Source of the DNA: Spironucleus salmonicida
Taxonomy: Eukaryota
Direction: 5' to 3'
Assembly: GCF_000497125.1 (NCBI RefSeq)
Contig: NC_090597.1
Coordinates: 1,561,797 to 1,625,796 of the forward strand
Length of the DNA: 64,000 nt
Below, in pieces: positions 13,738-27,205 of this stretch. How positions within the stretch are numbered: the first letter of the stretch is position 1; every line of letters begins with the position of its first letter. The position numbers and the translations under genes were made by a program. The notes beneath the pieces were generated by a model. The model saw nothing but the letters and a program-made list of their open reading frames with translations. It did no database searches and was not told where the DNA came from.

Positions 13738-15333
13738 TCATTATTCATCAAATTTAAAATTTAATGGGTTTAACTCTTAAGATGACGTCAAGGGCGAAAT
13801 AGCTCTAGCTTATAAATTTTTATTTGGATCGTCGAAACTAATTTCTGCATTTAAAAGATAATTAGCCTCATCTGTAATCATATTATTTATGTTCAAAAAT
13901 TTATTAATTGCACTTTTTAATTACTCTTTAATTTAGCTTTACACTTCTGGGTATATAAAAACACAAAAACAAGTTTCCTTAAAGATATTAGGCATTAACA
14001 TATCCTGAGTGGCTACGTTATTAATAACTACTGGACGCGTAAATTTAGCAGGAGTTTATGACGAAAGAGATTTACTAGTTTTAGAACTAATACTTCGAGC
14101 AATAGATTATGCTCTATTACCGTATTATTCCGCAAATTATGTTGGTGTAAATACAGTTTACTTATTATGAATTGGTAAAAAATCTAGTGGGTTTTGATTT
14201 TTAACGCCATAATTAATATCAGCTACAACTACTTCAAATAGTTTACTATCAACATTAGAAATTTTAATAAGTTATTCTTTTGCATATTACTCACGTTGTT
14301 AGGAGGAAACTTTTTCAGTTAACTTACAATCTTTTGTTATTGAAAGTTCAAAAATTATATCTGGCGTCATATGATAATTTAAAATTTAAAAACTTTTACA
14401 GAGTTCTTTATATTTTTGATTTTAATCTTCAACTTGTAGCTATACATAATATAGAATTCTGTCATCAGGAAGTGTATCTTTTCTATATAATTATCCAATA
14501 TCCAACAAATTTGATTTAATTGAAGCATCAAAAATTTTACAAACTATTTCATTAAATGCTAATATTTTCGAGTTTAAGTAAATAATTTTATTAAGCACAT
14601 ATCTGGAATGATAAACCTGCATGATGTCAAACTTAGTCTTTTGGGATGACGAGAGGTAGTACTTTCCAGTGCTGTCTTTGGGGTACTTGAAGATGGATTG
14701 GTTTTTTAAAATGCGGATAGGGTCGATGGTGAGGCCCAAGCCAACCGACCTCGAGTCCCGCAGCAGGTAGTCCATCTTGTCAGTATCCAAGCCGTTGACG
14801 GAGTTGGACACGATCTGGTTCAGGAAGAAGTACTTCTTGAAGGTCTCGTCGTCGGCCTCCTGGCCCGTAATCAAGCTGCACACACAGTCGATATCATGGT
14901 CGTCCATGCCCACATCCATCTTGATACGCTGCATCATTTTCCGGAACACATCACAACCGATGCTCTCGTGGCAGATCTGCTTTCCGTCTAGTTTGATGTT
15001 GTTTTTATGCAAGATCTGTTCAAACAAATGGCTGAATGGCCCGTGGCCGATGTCGTGCACCAGCGCCGCCGTCTTCACTATCTTCGTAACTCTGTCGCTC
15101 AGGCTCTCGGGCAGCTGGGCATTGAGGTGGTCTAGCGCTATCTTCGTCAGGTGGTACACCCCGAGCGAGTGCTCGAATCTGGTGTGATTTGCACTCGGAT
15201 AAACAAGATATGCCATTCCGTTTTATCTAAGATGTCTTAATCTTTAAAACTGTGGTGTTTTTATTATTTTATAAGCAAAATCTTCTAGTTGAATACTATT
15301 ATACACAGGATCTTTAACTTCTTTCAGTGTCAT
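13738..15333 (-). CDS. SAMHD1-like HD-domain dNTP triphosphohydrolase, copy B, 531 aa (no SAM domain)
   Basis: KDPVY, TPQFQRLRHLRQNG, YPSANHTRFEHSLGV, HDIGHGPFSH and DTDKMDY. ATG at 15333, TGA at 13738. Confidence 0.92.
14608..15094 (-). repeat. GC-rich core identical (inverted) to 1-487
   Basis: Reverse complement equals positions 1-487. High GC persists to about 15200, suggesting the shared tract is longer. Confidence 0.95.
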
Positions 15334-15496
15334 TTTAAAGAAGAGAAATACTATTGTACTATATCTTTAATAATATTATATATATTTTTGTTCTATTTTA
15401 GAAATTAATTACTGTAAAACATAATTGTTAACATTAACAATTGCTTAACTTTCTCTCTTTTAATAAATATAACAAAACATGGAATAACAAAGACAA

Positions 15497-18379
15497 TCAT
15501 TCTTAAATTATTTAGAACCACTTTTCATTATTATTAATTAATGACGAAATATCATTTTTCCCTTAACAGTGAGGACAAACTGCAATATTTTAAATCTAAA
15601 TATTGTTTTACTCTAAAAAAATACTCATACAATCTATATGTGAATAACATCCACACCCTAAATACCATCCTTGCAGAACAGATGACTTAGTACAGATGAG
15701 GCAAGTTGGCATTTGCGAAACACCCCTATAAGCAATATTTTCTACTAATTATTGATTATTGTAAAAGTCACCCCCAATAACCTCTAAACATGATTGCTAA
15801 AACTAAATTTCTTTAGTGATATCAGAAATGATTTAATCGCCAACTTTGGTTGAGAGAAGTTAATTAATTGGAAGTAATTATCGTAAATCTATGCATAAAT
15901 CAGAAATAGATGGATTTTCTGTATCTAAGTACTCATGTAATGCCTGTAATAATATATCACCAGAAATTTTAATTTTGAATACTGGATAAAAATTTAAAGT
16001 CTTAATTGTAAATTAAGGTATTTGTTTAACTAATTTAATTGTAGAAATAATATCAGTATCATGCTTATGTGTTAAAATATTGAATAAAACTTAGAATGCT
16101 ACTGATTTTGAATTCTTTATAAAATTATAACTGGTAATAATTTTTCCATCTGAATTACATTAATAATTTTGAAATGATTAAATAATTTCAGAATATTCTA
16201 ATAGCTCATTCGCAAATGTTAGTATAAAATTCTAAATTTACTTTGTATAAATGTAACAGTCTTCATATTCTGAACTAGCAATGATATTAGTTAAAAGAAT
16301 ATATAAAAAATATTTTTCTATTTATAACACATTTTATTATTCAATAAATTAAATAAAAAGTTTTTCTTAATTTATTATGAAATTTCTAATATGCTACTGT
16401 TATAATAAAACTTCATTGGTATAGATTATTTAAACAACACTGAAATATTACTATACATTTTAATCCTAAATTATTTCTTAACTTAAAATAGATTAGTAAT
16501 TGTAGGTTTGACTTAAATATTAGTGAACTATGTTATTTAGACTCAATGATCTAAACAATGGGAACATAGCTTAAATACACTTTTCAAATATGGTTTCATT
16601 TTGTTAATTTTCTAAAATAATATCTATAATTATAGATCCTCTTTTATCTATTTCGATTCTATCTATATACCTCAACATACTAAAATATAATTTATGGTCT
16701 TTAGCAAAAGTAAAACAACTTAATATATTTTGTTCTATATCAAGCATTTAGGCGAATGTATTGTCGAACTAACCAGATCGAGTAAACAATTTAATAAGTG
16801 ACAAATTAAGATACTTGGGATTTAAACAATGATCTTACTCTGATTTCTTGGATATATCTAAGGCTTATTAGATTTTGAATATTAAAATATTTTCTGGATA
16901 TGCTATAGATAAATCATCATAATGTTCATAAAATGCCCTATAATCAATAATCAATAATGAATCCACAATCTATTAATGCTACTACTTTGTAAGTAAAGAA
17001 TAATCAGCAACATATTTTAGAATACTATTTAACAAACCAAAATTGGTAAATATTGATATATATTTGTTTAATAATTTTTATTTATCAGTACTTAGTTTAT
17101 ATATTGAATCAAATAGAAATAATGCTTCATTGTATTTTTTTACTTATAGCAATAATTATATAGCATTTTCTAGTGGACTAAGTAATTATGAAACAGAGTA
17201 TTAACAAACATAATCAATTATACTTGGTAATATTTATTCCAAAAGTTCCATAATTTGATTATCTATTTACTACTAATTACTACTTTCTAAACAAAGATTA
17301 TACAATTTATTAATGCTAATTATAATCTAATCTAATGTTGAAATGTTATTAATAAACAATATTTTATCTTTTTGTAATAATAAAATATGTTATGCTAATG
17401 GTCTATGATCTGAAGCTGGAATGTATCTTTTGACTTTATTCATATGAACTTAATCTAATCCTATCGTCTATTACTTTAACTAAATCGATTAAAATAATTC
17501 ACCTTGTAAAGAAAATAACAATAGTTACTGCGATTCTCCATCAGTTAATATATAAATCATCTAGTTAATTAGTAAAGAACTGTAAATAATATAGTCATCC
17601 ATATCTATACAAGATAGAACCGCAAGTTAATTGGGCTTTATGTTAAAAGAAACTCTATCTAGCTAATACTATTTTAAAAATTCTGATTATAATTATGTGT
17701 TCAATAACACAATAAAAACTTTATTATGCCAGCTAATTAAGGCTATAGATTCTGTTATAGTAGCAAATGGGAAACATCCACAATTACAAGGTGCAGGTAA
17801 GCAATTTTTAATTGTATGCTGATCGTCACAGAATAAAAATTAAGATAATTCATTCGACCTTAAATTATATATTTCTAAAGTTTAATTAATGTCTAAAATA
17901 AATGCATAATCACCAATTATTTAACAATATAATTGTAGCTTTTTTTAGTATATAAATATATTCTCGTTCTTCTTTTTAAAAATTTAATTAAGGTTATTCT
18001 ATTTACCATAAAATTAAATACCATCTAAATTTACAATAACCTTTTGATCTTCAAAAAATTATGCATAAAATGTACCATTAGGGAAATTTGCATCTGTTAT
18101 TTGCAAAGAGTTATATTCAATAAATTTCCATTAAATACCATCAGATACTAAAAATTGTGTCTATTCTGATAAATAATGTATTTAAATTGATATTATTGGT
18201 CTTTTAAAGACTTAAATTTACTATGTTACTAAATTTTATGGATTAAAAATAAATAACTATCCGTTCTAGCAGCCATATAATAATCTGATATCCTAGATGC
18301 ATTAAAAAACTTTTTAAATAATAGGTACATTCTATTAAAAGTTAAATGGTAAATATTCTTCAATAATTAAATCAGTCAT
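15497..18379 (-). CDS. Vps11/CORVET-HOPS-like protein (putative propeller + solenoid + C-terminal RING), 960 aa
   Basis: C-terminal CLIC...LGCGCYSHIDC...CPHC RING after a long helical region. Size and architecture fit Vps11/18/8; the family assignment is tentative. Confidence 0.5.
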
Positions 18380-19196
18380 TTTAATTAATTAATATTAAAA
18401 TAACTAATATAAATTAGTTATTATAATTATTAAAAATTACAAATAAATATAACTTTTACCAGCAATACGTTTTAAGTTCCAACAATCAATATTATTGATG
18501 TCATCACTGAAAAAAATGAATTATCACTATTTAACATATTCATGATTAAATAAACCTATAATTTTATACAATAATCCCGTACAAATAAATAGATAACGGT
18601 AAAGAATTACTAAATTTTTTAAATAAAATTATACTTTAAACATATATGATACAATCAGTATAGAATATTTAGGATAATTATAAGCTTGCATGCATTAATT
18701 TATCAACAAGAAGATAGTACTATAATACATTTACTTTTCAGTAATATAATAATGCTTATATTTATATAATGTTAAGTATTAAATTTCTTGCTCATATAAA
18801 TAATATTTAAGTATAGTTTTTCAAGTAATATAAAATAAATCATGCTTTCCTTACATTAAAATTTATTATTAAGATTTAAAATAATACTAAATATTTTATT
18901 AATATGTGACTAATTATACTAATTAATTTACTATTATGTTAACGTATATATCCGTTTATAAAATATTTAACGACTGATAAACTATTAAAATAATTCATAA
19001 GTTATCAAATATTCTATTTCATGTTAAAATAAAGTCCTAAAATTGATGTAAATATAATTTTAATTATACTGTATATTTTTGTATTAGTTTACTAAAATAT
19101 AATTTCTAATAATAAGTTAAAAATGTTATTTAATTTTTAAATAAAATATAAAATTATATAATAAATGCACTTTATAATACCATTCCAATATTTAAA

Positions 19197-20489
19197 ATGT
19201 CAGGTGATATTTCACATTCTTCGGCTACAGAAATTTCGTCAAAGGTATCTAACTCTAATGATTTTACTGATATATTTGCAATTAATAGAGGTATTGCTTA
19301 AGTTTCTTCTACATCCTAAAAATCATAATTGGCATGTCCAAAAAAAAGTTTTTAATGCGATTAAATCAATCAAAGTAATTATGAAAGCAGAAGTTAAAGT
19401 AAATTAAATAGTTTTAGTAAATAAGATCCAATGATATCAACTTCTGGAATAAAGAAATCTACCCTTACTTTACCAAATAAATCTATAAATGATAGCTAAA
19501 TATCTTGGCAAACTTACTAATCCTAGGTTAATATTCTCAATGAATCTTCATAAAAAATTTCAAATATCTCATAACTTTCCTTTAAAAGTCAAGCTGAGTC
19601 ATCTAGTAAGCAAAACTTTCAACCTAGTAGCAAGATTTTCGATTAAAGCATTGACCAAAGTATTAATTATTAAATAGGTAAATAGTCCAATAAAAAGCAA
19701 AAATCAGTTATGAGCTAACTTTCTACTCTTTCAATACCTAAAAAAATATAATCTCCTGCTCCTCTTCCAGATACGTTAATTATGCCACAATAAAAGTAAC
19801 TTCCACCAACATCCCATAAAATTGCTGCATCTTAGGCACTGTTACACGATAATAGTTTTGTGAACCCAATTAAAGGCGTTAGTTCTCAATAGTTTGACCA
19901 AAAACAAATTTCAGATTTGTATATGAACGAAACGTCAATTCTGTCATCTTCAAATATTTCTAATGCTTCTTCTGTAAAGTTTCCAAGCAAATCTATCTCT
20001 AGTTTCGCTTCTTCCGTATTTTAAAAACCAAAAACTGTTATTTCATAGTCTACTCGTCAAATTACAAAACAAGACTCTTAATTTGAGACCACCCTTAAAT
20101 AACCAAATATGAGTTATCGTAATCTACCTGTTTAGGATGCTTCACAGTTATGCTTATTATCAAATAACACAAAGACAAAGCTGAGTTTGGTTTAGGGCAA
20201 TGAATCTGTATAAAATAGTTCAATGTACAGTACTATTGTTGCAGTAGTTACTTAATAATAGGAGGTTGATATAAATAATGTTATTAATGATAGTAAGTTA
20301 AAAATTGATTAGCTTAAAAATTAAGAGCTCTTAAACTAAGCAAATAGCAAAGGGGGCACTGAGATTATGGAGGCTATTAAATTATTAGAAATTTAGATCA
20401 TCAGATTATAAAAATTATATAACCCGTAAAGCAAGAGACAACTAATTTTTAATGCTCTTTTCAAAATTGGAGGATAGTTGTCAAAATGA
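19197..20489 (+). CDS. Hypothetical Ser/Gln/Asn-rich low-complexity protein, 430 aa
   Basis: MSGDISHSSATEISSK..., in frame with AAA TGA at 20487. Confidence 0.7.
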
Positions 20490-20513
20490 TTATATTAATA
20501 TTTTATATTATCA

Positions 20514-21800
20514 TCACTCTTTGTTGTCTTCACCGTCACCATCTTTTTCTAAGCAACTTTTAACCCATTAAATTGGATGAATGTAGTTCATACCACTACC
20601 AAAGAAACTGAAGTATAAATGATTACAGGCACTTTGATATTCTTTATATTATAATGGCTTAGCTATACTTTTTATGCTATCTTCTATATCACATTTATAA
20701 TTCAAACTTATCAGCTCTCCGATTGAAGTTAAATTCAAATTTGTAAAAGGACATCCATGGTACTACCCCTTTCCTGGAATTTGATCAATAATCCTTTCAC
20801 AGCCACTACAATGAGCACCCTTCCTAGCACCAACCTATCCATAAACATGTTTAATATTATACGCATACTCTTTATTAAACTTATCTATTGTAATTTTTCC
20901 ACCTGCCGTAAATGCTGATTAAAATAGCAAGATAGTCTCTTCCATACTCATTCCAGCGTCCCTTAAAAATGTCGTTAACTATAGTCTTCCTTAATATTGT
21001 AAATGAGCATTTTTCTACATTTCACGGATCAACCTAACAGCACATAATGGTATTTTTTTCTATTAAATAACTCCATTAATTGATGCAGCGTTGATACCAC
21101 TAGCAAGCTGGGATTGAACAAATGATACACCATGTCTGTTCTGGCGTATCTTTGCTAATAAGTCTAAAAATACAGAATTCGCCTAAGAAGCTATTATTTG
21201 GCAGTTTTGCATTGATTTTTAATAGTTTTATGAAAATTTCGCCAAATTCAATAGCAGAATAGATGTGCTTGTAATAAAAAACTACGAATTTACTACTGGA
21301 AATTTGAATGAAGCCAATGCCGGTGCTAACAAGTTGAAATCAGATTTTAAAGTACACTAATAGGAAGGATTAAGTGCAATAAGCATATCAGCTAGTCGCT
21401 ATTAAGGTCCAAAGTCTACATCCTATGGTTTTAAAAGGCTCAGCTTCTAGGTCAAAAACTGGCTAAAATGTGCTGTTTTGACCTACTAACGTGCTAATAG
21501 CAAACACTACTCCGCTTGTAAATGCCAATCTGCAGCTTCTTACGAGACTGAAAACGCAAATTTTAGTGTCCAAAAAGATACCAAATCAACATTTTCCTAG
21601 TTCAACTCCAGAACTTCATGGTTTTTGCTCGCAAATTGGACATAAATTCTCTCACATTCTTCAGGAGTGTTATTTGCGAAGATGGATTTAATTTTATTGA
21701 ATTCACGTAGAAGTGTCAAACGTATGTTTGATATTGTTGTGATTTTGTCGATTCGCATATTAAACATGTTATTTGGAGGTATCGCGTAAAGTGTTGACAT
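20514..21800 (-). CDS. PRIM2: DNA primase large (Fe-S) subunit, 428 aa
   Basis: PLCA...HLQYQGRLQLTTFLRDAGM, FNKEYAYNIKHVYG, SGCERII and YHGCPF. Confidence 0.93.
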
Positions 21801-21870
21801 TAGGAAGGGATTATGTAACTATATTAACTATATATTAATTATTATAACAGTAAAATTAATATTTATAATT

Positions 21871-22707
21871 TCATTTAAATTAACCTAAGATTTAAGAGAA
21901 GGCTGCCATAAAGCCTTTATCAGAAGAATACTTGGCTGCAGCTGATGGGTCTCGAGCTACTTCTTGCAGTTTGAGCTCGAATTCTGGATCTGATAGTGCT
22001 TGCTGCAAAATTTGGTTTTGACTAAGCTTTTCTGCCTGCTTATCATCCATATTATTAGCTGCTTTGAACAAATTCTAGAACAGAGGTGTCTGATACACTG
22101 GATTATCTCCGTAGTTCCGCTTTACCTCCTCGTTCATTTTTTCCTAATTGGATTTTTCCCTAGTTCTTTCCGCCTCCTCTGTAGCCTGCTTTTTCTCTGC
22201 ATATGCTTCCTCAAACGCCCTCTATTTGTCGTCCTGCCTCTTGATTTTGCCGTAAATAATTTTTATTATCTCCGTGATTTCCTCATCGTTCTCGAGCTGC
22301 AACGCCTGCTTGAAGCACGCAATAGCCTGGCCGTACTCCATCAAAATATCATTGCATTTCCCCATCAGCTTTAGGGATTTGAAGCTGGGGCCCGCACGCT
22401 CAATCGATAACGCGCAGTCGCGCAAGGCCAGCTGGAAGTCGCCGTCCTGAAGGAAAAGCTGAGCTCGCGTGTTGAGGAAAATAGCGCTCGCAGGGAACAT
22501 TTCGATAGCCGTCGAAATCTTCACAAGCGCCTAGTCCACATCCTGCATCTGTAGCGCCTGCTGGCGCATTTCAAGTGCAGAATTGAGCAGTGCTTCGTCG
22601 AAAGTCTTGCTTGGGTCACCTATGGGCAGCTATCTGCGGTCGAGCACTGGGGTGTCGGGCAAGCCTGCTAAATCTTCGAGTTCGGGCATTGAATCGGAGT
22701 CAGACAT
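21871..22707 (-). CDS. Hsc70-interacting protein (Hip/ST13)-like TPR + STI1 co-chaperone, 278 aa
   Basis: Acidic N-terminus with PIGDPSK, three TPRs (AIFLNTRAQLFL...ALRDC), a charged linker and STI1-like ALSDPEFELKLQEVARDPSAAAKY. Confidence 0.8.
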
Positions 22708-22751
22708 TTGGTCAAAAGTGGATTACGAGTATTGTACAATAATACAGATTT

Positions 22752-25700
22752 TCACTCGAAACTGAATTGGCAGTATTGGGAAAACTCGGCTTTAAACTAT
22801 GAAGCTTGGTCTACACTTGAATTAAGCCAGTCGTAGCTGCATAGCTTCTCTAAAAATTCATATTCTAGGCAGTTTATTAGGCCGGCCACTGCATACTCTC
22901 TATTCCTGGCTGATTTAGCTCCTGTGAGCATTATGAGGCCCTTTAACGCTTTATTTTTAACAGACTGGTAGGGCATTTTAGCGCATTCCGATAGGAAAAT
23001 TGTTAAAAATTAAACGTGTTTAAGCTGTGTTGCCTTGTTCTTAATGATATTGAAAACAAGTGGCATTAGTTTCGTTATTTATGCATCAGCGGGGGTGTCA
23101 ATTTTATATAGGAACTAGCTTAGGAGTTATGTGGCAGCAAGCTATAATTGAGCGACATAAGATACTTAAGAATTCTGTTAAAATATATCAGTACAAATGG
23201 TTAAAATCTCTGAGGGTTAGAAATTTTTAATAATAGTAAACATATTGTCTTCATCCTTAGGTGAAGCATTTCCGAAACAAAAAATTAAATTTTGAAGCAA
23301 TGCATTTTTAAATTGCGTATTTCCAAATAAATCATAGCATAGTTCAAATCCTTTTTATAAAATTTAATGATCTGCTTAATTCATTAATAACTTTATCTAC
23401 TCATCATCTATATTATTCATATCAAATTATTATTCATCTGATACATTCTGTTGCTGATCAAGCGTATACAGCCCAGTGTACATATCCAATTTAACTATAT
23501 CTAATAATTCTATTACTAAATATTGATTTTTAGTATCATAATAAAGTCGTTTTGCTGCTGTTAATCTTAAAAACTCTATTCTAGAATGCATAAATTCTAT
23601 AAACGCTAATTTGTAAGTGTTAGATAAATTAAATTCTTAGTGAGTTTCGTTCAGGGTAGTGAGAGTAATGTATGCTTTTGTCCTAACCTAAGCTCCAATA
23701 TCACCTCTGCTATCATTTGAATAATCACCTAAAGCTAAATTTATAATCGTAATTATATTATCAATATCTTTAATGTCAAAATCTTTGTTGTAATAATCTA
23801 AAATTTCTAATACAAAAATTCTTTATATATAATTTTATGCATCTTTATACGTTTTCATGATTTAAATAAGATATTAGAAAAATTTAGTCTTATTAATATA
23901 AAGAATATCTTTATTTTAATATTACATTGCAATAATATTTGATATATTAGTATTGTCAAAATCAAAATCTTATTATTTTAAACATCTGCCTAGTAATATA
24001 ATTTCGCCTGAAAAGCTATCTTAAAATGATGTTACTGAAATGTTAGCAAAAGACTATCTAACGTAAAACTCAATATTTTACGTAATGAATAATTAACAAT
24101 ATTAATTTAACTGTAAATCACCAGAAAAATTAAGTATTAATTTCTTTAATATACTAGCTACAATATCAATAAATTATAGTCTTGCGGCTGAATTATTAAT
24201 ATCAATAAATTATTCAGCAGACTAAATTAATTAGTAAAAATTAGCATCAGTTTTATAGTATTATAATAATTCTAAGCACTAACATATTTCTACCCAGTCA
24301 TCTGAATTTTTTAAAACTTATTAGATAAATTCATAATATGATTGGTTCTTAAGCTAACTAAAAACCTTACCAGCTAATTTTCTTTATTCAATATTACTAC
24401 TAAAAGAATAAATATTAACTAAATAGTATAAAACAATATTTTCTATATCAGGAACAAGGCTAACTACCATTTTAGCTATATTATAACTATTAACTATATT
24501 TCCTAGACTATAGTAATCTAACATGCTACTAGTAACAACACCTTCTATGAACATTTCATTATGCCTACCACTTAATTCCTAATAAGCAGCGCCAGCGGCT
24601 CTTCGTACCAAAATTTCACTATCTAAGCATGCAACAGCCAGTAAATTTCCTTAGATTCTGATAAAATTTTATTTGCCAATCTCTATATCTGAATAACTTC
24701 TGGCCAAGCTCCATAAGCAGTAGCAACAACTATCTTTTACATTCCCACAACCTTTAAAAGTACATGTTAGTCCGTCTATTAATATATTAAAAATACGAAC
24801 CAAATCCTCACAATTAATTAATCTGTTCCGTAGCATTTCTCCAACGCATAAAATAGCTCCCGATTGGGTTTCTGCAGTTTCACCTGCTTAAATCAAATCT
24901 AAAACAGCAGCAATAACTTCATTCGCAAATATTCTTGGTAGCTTTTTGGTTAAAGACACCAAAGAAATCGCGGCAATTTGGCGAATTTCCTAAAAGTCCG
25001 AAGATAATGAAATCAATAATAAGTGGATTAACGCATCAAAAGATGGTTCCACATTAAATCCAGCTAGTTCTTCACCTTATGTCAAAAACTCATTTCTGAA
25101 TGTTTTCAAAAGCATTTTTTGAGCACGTCTAGATGAATAAATAATAATTATTTTGGTGAGAAGTATATTGTTATAGGATAAAAAAGAAGTAAATTTTGTA
25201 ATATTTGGTTGATCTATTACTGTATAATAATCAATTTACATAAATCTAATTGCATATGAAAAAAGTTAAAAGGCTGAAATAAGTAGCGGGGATGGTTTTG
25301 TAGATTAGTTAATAAGATTCTTATATATTTCAAATTATTCAACTCCAAATGTATTTATTAAATCTGGCCTTGTAATAAATCTTGAAAATACTTCTACAGA
25401 AATCTATGATATTTTATTCCCTAATGAAAAATTCTTTGTTAGTATATTTTTAATTTATTCAGTAAAGTTACCTATTGTATCTAAGTTTAAAGGTGTCATA
25501 GACATTACATTAAGCCAACTTAAAACAACATAATTTAGTTATTGTTATATAATTTCCTATGAAAGATTTTGATTTACATCAAAGTTTAGACCTTCTCTTT
25601 GTGTTAAAGTTTCTTTAATACTATTTAATTCGTCAAAATTAAATTTATCAATGATACTGAAATAGTTCAATAGTTTTTCGAAAATTTGTACATCGTTTGG

Positions 25701-25982
25701 AAAATAAGATTAAATTACCTAATTACCTCTAATTTGTAATAAACTATATAGAAACATAAAATAATCTATATTTTTAAGGTACTAATTGCGTATTTACGAA
25801 CTAAGTACAATTATAATTTCTTCAAGAAGCTCTTTTATTATCGAATCAATTTATTAAGGCTTCTCTAAAAATTTTTTTGCATACTCATCAAATTTACAAC
25901 CTCTACTAATCTAGGATGTAATTGTTTAGTCAGAGTAATTCATCTACTGAAATACATCAAGTAATTCTTTAGGCTAGTTCAT
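22752..25982 (-). CDS. TBCD: Tubulin-specific chaperone D, 1076 aa
   Basis: GNVKDSCCYCLWSLARSY, ACLDSEILVRRAAGAAYQELSGR and DSRGDIGAQVR match characteristic TBCD motifs. Confidence 0.88.
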
Positions 25983-26027
25983 TTGTAAATAGATTATATA
26001 TAATATGTCATATAATAATTTAATATT

Positions 26028-27146
26028 TCACTCACATCCTAGTTTAGTGCAAATCTTCTACAATAGTAGAACTATATTTGATAATATTTCAGTATTTAAT
26101 TATTATTGATTTGGCTATACTGAAAAGTGTGGCACTTATTCTAACATACTGATTCGAATCATTTAACTATCATTTCTAAAATTCTCATATCGTTAAAGAG
26201 CATCTAGTTATTTACATATAATTGGTAATTCTACAACTTCAATTTCTTGCGTAACTTGTTTTAATTTTTTTAATGGTATACTTTCAGTAATTTTTTGAAT
26301 AGGCTCCTTTTAAACAAGTTTTGCCTATTTTATTTATTTTACATGCACAGATACCGTCGATTTTTTGATAATATCAGTTTATGACTGTTACTTTACTACA
26401 TTCTTTATCTTATTAAATGGAACATCAAGCAATAACTACTTTCTTTAAAGTATATTAAAAGATCTATATCGTGATTCTGGATAATTAGAAGGTAATACTG
26501 CTGATCTAACCCGTAGCCCCAAATATCCAACAACATAGTCTTCCAGCTTATAAAAATCCAGTAATTCATACTTAAATTGAAAATCGATTAAAGGTATCAT
26601 AAAGTAACATTTTAATGAAATTTTAATCTGAAAAGTATATCCACTTTATTAAACTGCATTAATTTTACCGTCATATATAGTGGTATTATCTGTGAGGTTG
26701 AAAATTCCTTTACTAGTAACACCATATATAAATTTTGAATTTGAATTAAGTAGAAGTAGATCATTTACTACTCTCTAATTCTTTTTTTATCCATGAATAT
26801 CAATTTCCACTAGATTATTATCTACCCAGGCATAAATTATATTACCTAATATTGCTTGAAATATAGGTTATGGTTATACAACATCCTTTTTAATCAAAGT
26901 AATACTTGTTTTACTAAATGAATATAAATTACTGTTAACTATTTTAAATGCTCCATATTAAGAAACACAGCATTATGATTTTAATGGTTCCACAGATAAA
27001 TTTAACGTTGCCTAGTTAGTCAATTTATTTTTATTAATAATAATGCCTTCGCTATCAACTAGATATGAATAATCATTATCATAAAAGTACATTCCCTCAG
27101 AAAAGTAATAGTTACAATATACCCATTTACTTCTTGGTAACATCAT
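26028..27146 (-). CDS. Hypothetical protein, about 372 aa
   Basis: MMLPRSKWVYCNYYF...KICTKLGCE*, ending in GAG TGA. Confidence 0.65.
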
Positions 27147-27205
27147 TTTCGTACGAATTCATAATACATATATAAATATATAATATGTAAAATATTAAAA
27201 ACAGA

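Noticed and set aside
14777-15187. Antisense ORFs over the repeat cores (also 13172-13444 and 42515-42754)
   Set aside because: They are a by-product of high GC in the cores, with no protein-like features or independent start/stop context.
1-15200. S and E cores as terminal inverted repeats of a transposon or as an inserted mobile element
   Set aside because: The cores are in-frame catalytic parts of host genes with homologous flanks. No transposase or target-site duplication was seen.
12826-15333. Bacterial or viral operon/defence island (HD dNTPase + nfo)
   Set aside because: Both genes use TAR=Gln, host-like AT-rich ends and host-type stops. Ancient lateral transfer cannot be judged without phylogeny.
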